A stretch of 64,000 nucleotides of DNA from contig CM120643.1 of NCBI GenBank assembly GCA_051362555.1, positions 1,984,001 through 2,048,000 of the forward strand, given 5' to 3'. Origin of the DNA: Lingula anatina. Lineage: Eukaryota; Animalia; Brachiopoda. The notes under the pieces were generated by a model. It had not been told where the DNA came from. It was given only the letters and a program-made list of their open reading frames with translations, and searched no databases. How positions within the stretch are numbered: the first letter of the stretch is position 1; each line of letters opens with the position of its first letter. The translations under genes were made by a program, and so were the position numbers. This document shows positions 12,298-24,400 of this stretch, piece by piece.

Positions 12298-13395
12298 GGG
12301 GAGGGTGGGGCTAGTCCGCCCTCGGGGCAAGTCCGCACACTCCCCATATATCGAAAGTGACACGATGAATCACGCCCTCCGCCAATTTGAGAAGTCACAT
12401 TGTATGTGGAAGGGCGCTAAAGTAAAAATCGCGGCCTGTAAAACCACGTAGTGTTCCTCGTCAGTCAAAACTACATGGTAAGTAAATTTTTAGACTCTAA
12501 TTATTGTCTAATTTTGTCGACAGAGTATAGATTTGCAGTGAGTCATTATATGTATGTTATACAGGGGGTATGGCCTTATCTGCGACATATTATTGGTTTG
12601 CATACGTATTGCAAATATTATGCAATCACGTGTTTAACAAAAAAAGTCCTATTGGGGCAAGTCCGCTATTTGCACGGGGCTAGTTCGCTCCAGGGCGGAC
12701 TTGCCTCATTACATAAAACCTCTTGTTAAACATATTTTCTGATGAAAGTTAACGTTTTTTAAGGATTTATTTTTGACGGGTATTCTCAGAGTATTGGCAT
12801 GGTGATATTACAGTGGCAAATTTAGAGGGCGGGTCAGGGGGGTCCTGTCCCCCCCCCTTCGATTTCTGGTCCCCTCTTGAAATTAGTATTCTGACTAGCT
12901 GAATCATAGTTCTAAACCGTACCAAATGGCACCGTTCGCCCTCTAAAGTACTAGAAAAGCTGTCCAAGAGAATGTAGATGATTTGTTGTTGATAACTGAT
13001 TTGTTGTTGATAATTTTAATAAACATTTTAATATTTTGGTCAAAACTGCTGTGTTTTCATTGGTGCTGTCGTCTTTAACATTAGTGGCTGCATAAGTTGC
13101 TGCTGTTACTCGGTCTTACTGATAAAAATGCACAATGTTGGACAAAAGCACATTTTCTTATGGATTCTAGTATGTGTGTGGACTTGCCCCGGGATGGGGC
13201 AAGTTCGCACACTTGGACTAGACCTTTTAAAACTTAATTTACTCTCATATAATTTATAGTGGGCGCCAGATACTTATCTATAAGAAAGGCATTTAAATAA
13301 CCTTCCTTCTGACAAATTTCTCGGAGCCTGACGATAATAGTATGTCTCTCATGCGAATTTTTATGAAAATGGTGCGGACTAGCCCCACCCTCCCC
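12298..13395. mobile_element. Non-autonomous TIR element with TA TSD (Tc1/mariner-pogo type), containing a nested partial GC-rich MITE
   Basis: TIRs GGGGAGGGTGGGGCTAGTCCGC / GCGGACTAGCCCCACCCTCCCC flanked by TA. An empty homologous site lies near 45800. Confidence 0.8.
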
Positions 13396-16300
13396 TACTC
13401 AGAAAAAAAAATACTTGAAATGCCTTGAGTTAGGAGGAGAATACTTTTACATTAAATGTTGCTACAGTTTCTGTCAGATAGTGGCAGTGTCTGTTAGGCT
13501 GTAATTGGGACATTCTGGTTTGTAAACCTGACATCATTCTTCCTAGTGACAGTATGCAGACAGGGGACAATGCAGCATTCTCATCTGTCGTCATTTTGTA
13601 TGTACGGCGGACTTTTGGGTGAGGTTATCCCACGTATATTATGTGCATGTATTTGCACGTTACACCATTCAATTCAAGGAAACAAAACAAGCATGTTATA
13701 TTTGTTTGAGAAATTATACGGTTATAGCGCAATTTATGACATTGTTATGTATGTATTATGGTGTAATATTGACCGCAAACCCATTTGTCAGCTTGCTAAA
13801 TTATTCATGGAAAGTTGCTATATTCTGATGCTCAGCAGTTTCTGTAAAAAAATCTAGATTTACTGGTGAATCCTTTTAAGAAAAGATTTTGATGTGTTAC
13901 ATCTCTCTAATTTATCTGAACGTCAAGTGAAACATTTGAAGAATTTACCAGCAGAAGACAGTCGATTTCTGACAAACTGATACCTGCTTCACAGATATTA
14001 TACATCATACAATATAAGAGCAGCATATTACACCAGCGCGTAGCTGCTCAGACATTTCTCATTGACCACAAATATGTTAAGACAGTAGCAGGTTGCTCAT
14101 ATGGCTTAATGCATCACTGTACAGAGCTGTTCCTTTTCATCTATTCTGTATCAACAATGAGGAGTTCTTTGTGATAACAGAGGGAATATTCATGAAATGA
14201 AGTCTGCTGAATGACAACGAGGGTAGCATGAGGCAGAGTGAGTTTTATGTGACCTGCATACACGTACCTTACAAGGTAGATGTGTTCACCTATGATAAAA
14301 GACAGATACTGTGATTAAGTGATGATAATGAAGCAACTCATATGAGAATCAAATGGAAGAAAAACAGGTGTAGAAAGGGATTAAGCAGAAACAAGCTATT
14401 TTGGTCTCATTTTAACATTATGTTTTTTTTAGATTTTGATAATCGATCTAAGATGAAAGAAATGTCAGGTTAATCCCAGTAAGTTCCAACATATAAAGTT
14501 ATGACCAAGAAGATAATACTGATGGTAAGGGATTTATGGAACTAACATATGATGGTGAAAAAGGTCCTGATCATCAAACAAGTTATCGGAATAATCACGT
14601 CCTCGTGTACCTATCATGCATAAGATATAATAAAAATACAAGCTATATCAATTTACAGTGGATAAATATGTACTGACTCATCAATGAGATTGAGGATTAC
14701 TGATGACAATGTGCTGTGGATAGGAATGTAAGAAATGGAGATACTAATTTCGATCTGAAATGTGGATTGAAAATAAAACGCTCACTGGAGGTAAGGCTAT
14801 CAGAATATGTTAAAATACAAGATTAAATATAATTTAAATTTTGAAACTAGAACTGGCCAACGCGATACACGACACACCCAATAGATAGATAGACAGATAG
14901 ATTGATAGATAGATATTGGTTGATTAGTTCAAAATAGTGGAAAATATGAGATCAATATGATTGTGGTGAAACATAATAATAAAAAAGCAGATATAATTAA
15001 ATAAAAACCAAATAAATGGTAAAAGAGGCAACTGACATTGCCATATGCTGCTTTGGTCACATTTTGTCAATAATGCAGATGACAGTGATCGTAAATATTT
15101 AGTTTTTCTGGCTCATATTTCAGAGTAACATACTGTTAAAAAACTATTCCAGTGATAAATGAAATAGGGTTTCTATAGATATTTATCAATAATCTGCCAC
15201 AAAACGCACCGTTTCATATGCTCTTTGATTTTTTTAAAACTTGAAATTAAATATTAAACCAGTTTAGTTATTCCAGCATTTATGTTAAAAGATTATGGGC
15301 AAACAGAAGCTTCAGACACAAGAAAATACACAGTTAGCTGAATCCAAAGATAGAAGCACATTATCTCTGAAAATAGAATAGTGTGACTTACTTATCCCTA
15401 AACATCAGAAAACTATACTGCATTTGCACGTGAAAAATCCTGATGAATCTACGTGGTGAACAAAACCACAGTTTTCAAACCAACTCATCACCTTCACAAG
15501 TGACGTTCAAATACAAGAGCTGTTTTTCCAGTACAGGTAAATTTTTCCCTCATCAGATAGGTTAACTTAGTATCAGATAACTTAAATGGCTTGATAAATC
15601 GAAACATGGCACTAACAGTTTATATTTAAAATACTGCACCTTACAACAGATTGTCATTTAATATAATGAAATAAAAATATTTAACTTTTTTGTTTCACTA
15701 TTGAAATAAATGACCATGAGGGAGGGGTAAGGTATACCAAGTTTGATCTATTCTGTGTACATGTAAACAGGTTCTTATTTTATGGTAAATGGACAACGTT
15801 GTTATTTAAATTGTATTTGAAAATACAAGCGATAATAACAGTTAGGAGTTGGGATAGCTTACATGTATGTGTGTATCGCAAAAAAGGCTTCAGTATCAGT
15901 CTATAAGTGAGAAAAGACTGACCCGATCCCCACCGACTCTGAATTGGTGTTTGCCAGGGGTAGGGGAGTTCCTGGAATGATACCAGTACCAGTATAAAAT
16001 GAAAATTTTAATTAAAAAAAAAATTAACTGCCGATTTTCCATAAATACAGTTTTTCATTTAACACGTAGGATACATGAAATCTCGAATTTGAGAATTTGA
16101 TAATGACAGGTAGGACTTGGTATTGTGCAAATGAAGAAGTGGAGACGCTCGTGGTAAGATCGACCGAGGAAATTAAATGCTTATTTTGAAATGCTAAATA
16201 TAAAAACATTTCTGGAGTATTTTTAGGCCCGTCATATTCTAAAATATATTCTTTTAAATTACTTAAATGGTTTCAGAAACGTGATTTAAAAGTTGATTTC

Positions 16301-18362
16301 CCACAAATGCAGATCGAGTACCATTTGACACGTAAGATGTATTTAATCTCGAATTTGATAGAACGTAGAAAAGTGATTTAATTATTTAGCGATTGAGGGT
16401 TTTATGGTGAACGTTTACCACAAAAGAAGCTTTCTGGCTCAGTTTTTTCATTAGATATGCGACGTCTTTGCTATTTCCATCATATTTTACCTCAGCTCCC
16501 AAACACTAATTAAAATCTTCAGATAAATCAGAATATATTGGAAAAGAGAAATGGCAACATATGGCCGTTGAAATTAAATTTTTGCCTGTCGTGAATTATA
16601 ATAGCGTGACTGAGAGATGGACAAATCAAAAACCCGCAACGCACTTCTTTCAATTGCTTAGACAGCACCATGAAACGGCTTAAACAAATATAGAATTGGT
16701 CAGAAATAGAAAAACAACATTAAGAATATAATAAAATTTGCATTTCTTAGATTTGCTTCTACACTTGTATTGATTTTTAAAATCCCCCACCTATTCAGGT
16801 ACCAGTAGAAAATGTAGTTTAAAGTCAATGCGGGCCTTATCTTGTAGTATGTAGTATTAGGGACATGAACGACAGGCACTCTTTATTCGTGATATGTGAG
16901 GATTTGTAAAATTAAGGCTCAATTATGGCTCAATTTGTGGAATTATGAAGTTTTATTTTGCAGTTTCTTAATACGACGGCGGATTTACAGAGCGATTCAT
17001 TCCCGATAATGTATGTATATGTATTCATTGGATAAATGAACCTTTCTCTTATTTTATTTACATTACGGTCATGGTAACCAAATCGATTTAGAAACACTAT
17101 TAACTATATACATACAATTTACCAGTGAACTGGGTCTATTTATGAACCCGTGGCTTTTAAAAGGATTACGAACATTATATTTTGTTCTCACTATTTTCTT
17201 AAATATTTATTTTAAAGGTTACTTGAATCTCATTCCATTTTAATAATTTACCTTTATGTTTCATATATACATGTACGTGTACATTTAGAAATATTACTAA
17301 ATATTAATTATTTCAATCTATGAAATGTGATGAAATTCATACCGTAAAGAGAACGATGGCAAAGCACATAACTCTAACTGAACATATAAATGGTATGATG
17401 TCACGCATGTGCAGCGTGCGCGTATGGGGGGTAATAAGAATTTTAATTGAAAAATTAAGCCTTACGAAACCTTCCCACAGAATTTTCTGCCAAAGACGGC
17501 TGACACCCGCATTAATTAAGATAGAATGTCTTCAAAAATACTAAATATTTCAAACATGAGGTAAAATCACTGCTCAAGAATCTATCTCGGGGTTCTTTGT
17601 GGTTTAATTAAGAAAGATTTCTCGATTTTAGTGGATTTTCTGAAGTCTCCTTGGGGTGGGGGTGGGGGGCAGCAACAAGACATCAATACTCAAGAATTAT
17701 TGATGTATATTGTTGATGTGAGTGGACAACACTTTTAATGGTCCCCTCATATGATTATTTATGTCAAATATCTGGGATGACATTAAGTTAGTAAATCATA
17801 ACTCATTGAGCAACATATTTGTTATATTGTGAGGCATTAAAACTGGTCGATTGAGAAAGAAAAGACGTAGGGATGGGCTAACCTCAAAGACATTACTTTA
17901 TCATAAAATAGGGTTGACTGGTAAATTTGTACACCTCTATAATATATTGCAGTTTCACCCAGGTCTTAATGTTTAAAGTGTCTTTAATGTCTAGATTAGT
18001 ATTGTAGTAGATGAGCAATTTACGACTTAGAATGTATTTATATGAAACATTTGAACTATATTCAGACCCGTAGCTAGCAATTTTAGAAGGGGGTTCTTTT
18101 TCTGAAAAAAAAAGTGGAACCTCTGTGTGCTTAGATCAAATTTGACTAAGAGGAAACCTTTTCCCGGCAAAAAGGGCGGTTTGTTCGAACCTTGAGATGA
18201 ACCTTGAGATTTTTCTCTCTCTCTCTTACTTTCTTTTATTCTTTATTTTTATTTGTAAAACCCACAACACTTCTGCATCAAATTACGCACGTTGATAGAA
18301 CGCGCATGGGCACCCAGTTTGCCAACGAGGAGAAATTGCTGCGTGCCCACCTTTAAAAGTTG

Positions 18363-18399
18363 TATAAATAAGAAGAACAGAGGGAAGAATATCGCAGTT
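18363..18399 (+). promoter_or_regulatory. Core promoter of VWD gene 2
   Basis: TATAAATA at 18363-18370 and GCAGTT with its A at 18396 (33 nt). Confidence 0.6.
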
Positions 18400-18456
18400 G
18401 CCTTCTGCTACACATTCCTTCTGGTACGCATTAGGCAAGAAAAGAAAGTCTTGAAG

Positions 18457-21400
18457 ATGACAGGACAAGGAGGCATGGCCGTGCTTCTGATCATCGCTTT
18501 GACAAAAGTGACATCCGTTACTGGCGCGGGTCCCATCCCTCTTACACCGGAGGAAGAGGCTCAAAGAGAAAATGCAACGGCTGCTATGGCTGACCTTCCT
18601 CCTGAAGATCAGATGGAACTGCCCGCCGGTCCAGTAGGTAAGTTACAATTTTCACTAAGATTGTAAACTAAACCGAATATGAAAATGAATATAATAAATA
18701 AAGTCATCCAGGCATTTAAAATAAATTAAAACTAGAAATTATAAACTAAAAGACCAAAGCTTTAAAACAAGAAAAACAAGAGCTATAAAACAAGAATTAT
18801 AAGATATTATTATATTATAATTTGGAGCAGTATTTTACATGAAATGTAAAAGACTGTGCAAAGTATGATTTAAAACGCTCCGTTTTCATTCTTGGTATTA
18901 AAATTTGTTGCTGACCCTGAGATTTCTTGGCTTCTTTTCTTTAAACAGATGGTGTAACTTATCAAAATTCTTATCAAAATTTGTGCAATAGTTCTTGAAT
19001 AAAACGTCTCTTCTCTCCCTCAGAGAGGTGCGATTACTAGTTTGTAGGGCATCCTTGTAAGAATAAAATGGGTAAATAATTCTAAGAGCTCTCCTTTGAA
19101 CAGTTTCTAAGCATCCACATTGTTCGGCTGTAAGACCAGGCCCCCACACAGGGCATGCACATTCTAGGACTGATCTAATTATTGATTGATATATAACTAT
19201 TAGATCCTCAGTGTTCAGATTTGCCCTTCTTCAACTGCCTGAGATATAAAAAGCTTGGTACAAGACTTGGGATAAATCAACTGCACATGTTCTGTCCACT
19301 TGAGACCAGGGGTCAGAGTTACTCCTAGTAGCTTAAATTTACTCACTTTTTTGACAATTTCTCCATCTACCAATAGTGTTAGGATGGTATCTATACATTT
19401 GGTAAAGTTAAAATCCATACATTTTGTCTTCTTAACGTTCAAGTTCATATTGTTTTTTCTAACCCTATTTTCAAGTTGCTCTGTTGCCTGTGGAAGTAGT
19501 GACTTTTGGCCAAACTGACAAATCTCATAAATAGATGAGTCATCAATTTTATATCTGGGCAGCAGGTTTTTAGATCATTTATCGTTGCTATAAACAGGGT
19601 TGGATCTAACTTTGTCCCCTGAGGTACCCCTCCATTAAACCGAACCCAGTCAGATTTACACTGACCACATTTCACTCTATGATACCTTTAGCATACAAAG
19701 GAGTACATGTAAATCCACTTTCCCCTGACTGCCCAGTTTTTCAATTAAGATGCTGTGGTCTATTCTGTCGAACGCCTTAGAAAAATCTGAAAAAAAAAAA
19801 AACTTGGGAATAAGATTTGGTTTTAGCAGATGGTTCACGACCTTCTAGTACTTTGTGAGTCAGCTCTAGCAGAGCGTGGGTAGTAGAGCTATTTTGAACT
19901 ACTCCAAATTGGGACCTATCGATTTGCAGGCCACCCATCACCCATTTTGCCACAAATGACTCCAATATTTTACTCAACACTGGTGTAAGCGATATTGGTC
20001 TAAGATCAGCCTCTATCAGTTTTGGTTGGTTAATTTTGAAATGTATAAAGAATGCTATTTAAATTTATAAATATTATATAATTAAAGTAGATAAAAGTCG
20101 ATCAAATAATTAAAGAATAGTTTCTAAAGATCTGGCAGTTCTAAATTACTGGAAGGCCTCGACATCTATGCATTGTCAATCTTTAACTTACTCAAAATCA
20201 CCTGATGTCAGGGAAGGCTATGCAAACTTCCGTTAAGTTATTTTACGTGTTGGCAAAAATGGTATTACACCTTTATTGCAGCTTTTGACAAGTTTGGTCA
20301 TCTAAAGCACTGATAATCTGTTATATATGTAGTATGTTATATATTATGGAGTATAAGATTCAAATTTCAAGTTCTCAAAAGTGTGTTTCGCGAAAATTTT
20401 GAGTCGTCAGTATCATTTTTACATATTCCAGATGAAATACAATCTACTTACGCCATCGGCGTCGTTTGCCGTTCAGGGAATCCCCTGCACGGTGCATGTG
20501 TCAAGAGCGGAATCTCCATTTTAGTCTAGTGAGATTTTTGAAAAAAGGCTCTGCATAAGAGGCAAGGGGCATTTTGGGGTAAAAGTTGGGAACCAGGCTT
20601 ATTAGCATAATTTTGGGATGCTGATTCCAATTAACCCGGTTCCCAAGCGAAATTTTGCGTTTTTAACGGTCGAATTCGCAAAAAAACAAAATGGCCGCCA
20701 GATTTCCTATTTTCTGCAATATCTTTGGAACTAGACAGGCAAATATGACAAATGAAGTGTCTTTACCTATATTTTCAGGGTCGAGGAACATTATTAAGGT
20801 GTTTCTGTTAAAATTAGATGTACGCAATTTTCCTAAATATGCAAATTAGGATCGCCATTACTGAAAAACCGTTTTACTTCTGTATCTCTGTAACTAGGCA
20901 AGCAAACATGACAAATGAAGTGTCTACACCTATGTTCTCAGGGTCAGGGAATGTGATAAATCAGATGTCTTGTCTGATGGGTAGCACTGACTTTGTGAAT
21001 CGTGTCCGAGTAGCACCTTTTATTGTTTCTTCCCTGTATCTGTCAAACACTAGTCAATCTGCTGATAGTTAGAACCTGCCTTCAGAACTGTTCTTACGTA
21101 CGTGTCAGCCAAACTACCAAAGGTGCATTGTCAGGCTTTCCCAGTGAAATTGCCAGTGCTTGCCAATCAATTATAAGGCAAGGTGAGCAGAGGCGGATCC
21201 AGGATTATTTGAAGGGGGGAGTCCGCGGATGCAAAGCCTCCCCCCCCCCCCCCACAATTGGCAACGGGTTAGGGGCCTGTTGAAGGGCCACGAACAATTT
21301 TGGTATTTAAGAGGGCGAACGGTGCCATTTGGTATGGTTTACAACTATGATTCAGCTAGTCAAAATTATAATTTCAAGTGGGGGACAAGAATTCGAAGGG

Positions 21401-24400
21401 GGGGGGGGTCAGGGCCCCCTTGAGCCCACCTCTAAATCCGCCACTTGGTTAGGAGTCATTCAGTTTAATTTCATCAGGGCAGAATACGTCTTCTGTTAAC
21501 CTTTCTGTTACAGGTTTGGTCTCAGCAAAATCGTTTAGAAGCTTGAGAAACTGCTCAGACTTGCTATTAACACAGGAATGTTTTCCGTATCGTCAATCAT
21601 TTAATTGGATTCAGTAGAATATCAGAAGATTAAAGTTAAAATTCAAGAAATTTTGTTAATTAAAATGAAACGATACCAACGGGTAACCAGTAATAACTTA
21701 ATGGAAAAATCGCTGAAATGGATGAGGTGAGATGCCATCGTGTACTTAAAGTATACACATACATATTGACAGTTAATATGGAATATTTTAGTTCAAAAGC
21801 AAAGTGTTGATAATAAATTAACTTTTTTAGATAAATTGATCACATACGACAATTGTGATCAGGTATATGTGTAGCCAGGTGTGTTGGTTATTGTTCATTA
21901 GGCTGCTTTCTCTGAAGCGCGGTTATATTACGTAATATGTGGCAGTTTCTCTGAGCAGTCCTCTTTGGCTGGTTACAGAATGCGTATAAAAGGGCAGCAG
22001 TTCTGCAGAATAAGTCTCTATATTTTGGCAACGTCCAGTCAAATAGTTTGCTGTTTTGCAGACTGTTAGCTGACCTTACGGTATGTGAACTAGCGGCAGC
22101 AACTTGCCACACTATTTTTGCATTATGCCAGAATGGACTGAAGGAAACTGCTATTGCCAGACAACTGCATGTGTCCCAGGGAGCAGTTTCCAACGTCTTA
22201 CAGAAACACGTCCAGACTGGTACATTAACACAGAGACCACGGCCAGCACGTCCTAAAGTCACCACCAGAAGGGAAGACCGCTTGCTTCTGCGGTTATGTC
22301 GCAACAACCGGACAAAGACAACTCTTGCTGTAAAAAATGAGTGGCAAATTACCATTCAAAAGCATGTTTCTAGAACTCTAGTGAATGCAAGGCTACTTTT
22401 AGTTGGTTACCTCTATTAACAGAGCAACACCAATGTCTGCCTCTGTGGTGGGCTAGACACCATTTGTGGTTCCTGGCACAGCACTGGGTTCATGTAGATT
22501 TTTACAGATGAGGCAGGGTTTGAGTTCCACCACCGTGATGGCTGAATCAGTCAGTAGGCTTCCAGACGAGTTACTGCACGAAGATTGTGTCACACTACAG
22601 TGACTTGTGGCCGTGGCAGTATCTGTGTATGGGCCGGTTTCCACGCTGGAGCCAAAACACTATTGGTGGCAACTGATGGAAACCTCAACCAGATAAAATA
22701 AAGGGACATTTTAGAGAATACTTGCTTGCAATTTGCAAGAAGGTACTTCCAGGACAACTTCATCCTGCAAGATGACAATGCCCGACCACACCGTGCCCAT
22801 GCAATAACTGCTTTTCTGCAAAACCAAGAGGTAAACCAGTTGCCTTGGCCGACGGAATTCCCCTGACAAGAATTCTATAGAAAACCTGTGGGCATAAATC
22901 GTTAGCAGAATCAAGAGCTTACCCGTCCAGCCTACAAATCGGCACAAGCTTAGGCAAGCTCTGACTAATGCATGTAACACAATACTGGATCAAACTCTCA
23001 AAAACCTCTCTGCGTGGATCCCTCGCCGAGTGAGAGCTCTGGCTGCAGCTAGAAGAGGCTGCACGCGTTCTTATCAGTTTCCATTTTTCACATTTGTCTT
23101 GATGATTCTGTTGTGTAAGAGAAAATCCTTACCAACTGATATTCTTGATAATATCGAGTTCATAAGTATTTAATACCTTGTTGTTATCAGCTATACAATT
23201 ATCCATGTGCTGTTTATAACGCTGATATGAATACGTATTTAAATTAAATTTTTGAAGATGTATTCACACGGGTTGATTTATTAAAGCCATATCGAACATG
23301 ATAACAAGTGTTCTTTCATCCATTACTAATATATGGGAAAAAAATCAAAGAAAATATGTTTGAAAAAAACCCATTTAAATGTCAAGTCCGTACATTGCAT
23401 CACATGAATTACTTGATTCAGCAAATCCCTCCATTGCATTAATAAGGAAATCTTTTTTAAAATCTAGGTAAAAGGGGCAGTTGTGTGATCCAATATGTTT
23501 ACATCCTAATGGCAGCGCAGTATTTAATTGCAAAATTCAATTCAGATTCGAATAATTGTTACAGTGTGACAGTGTAGCACTCATTGCTGATTTGATTATA
23601 GTGAAAATGTCTTAACCACTTTCCCTAACGCTGAAAACATAGGTGTGGGCACTTCATATGTCATGTCTGCTTGCCCAGTTAACGTATGAGCAGTTCTGAA
23701 GGCAGGTTCTAACTATCAACAGATTGACTTGTGTTTGACAGCTACAGGGAAGAAACAATAAAAGGTGCTACTCGGACACGATTCACAAAGTTAGTGCTAC
23801 CCATCAGACAAGACATCTGATTTATCACATTCCCTGACCCTGAGAACATAGGTGTAGACACTTCATTTGTCATGTTTGCTTGCCTTGTTACAGAGATACA
23901 GAAGTAAAACGGTTTTTCAGTAATGGCGATCCTAATTTGCATATTTAGGAAAATTGCGTACATCTAATTTTAACAGAAACATCTTAATAATGTTCCTCGA
24001 CCCTGAAAATATAGGTAAAGACACTTCATTTGTCATATTTGCCTGTCTAGGTCCAGAGATATTGCAGAAAATAGGAAATCTGGCGGCCATTTTGTTTTTT
24101 TGCAAATTAGACCGTTAAAAACGCAAAATTTCGCTTGGGAACCGGGTTAATCGGATTCAGCATCCCAAAATTATGCTAATGAGCCTGGTTCCCAACTTTT
24201 ACCCCAAAATGCCCCTACTATTCATCTTTTGTGGAAATCCCACTAGACTATTTAGGAGATTCTTTTACGCACTATGCAGCGAGAAAAAAGTAGCCTGTAA
24301 CATAGTTTCTTACGATACGCAAAAGAAACCCAGAAAATAATCTTGGATAAGTTAAGACTTACTCAAACTATATTGAAAATACTTCCAGAGACCGAACTCC

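Noticed and set aside
20818-23963. Two near-identical ORFs on opposite strands (20818+ and 23742-)
   Set aside because: They are the two arms of the transposon TIR and show no protein features.
20522-24250. Reading the element as a Tc1 with a TA TSD
   Set aside because: The empty site ctccaTTTaggag cannot be rebuilt from a TA duplication. Only TTT fits.
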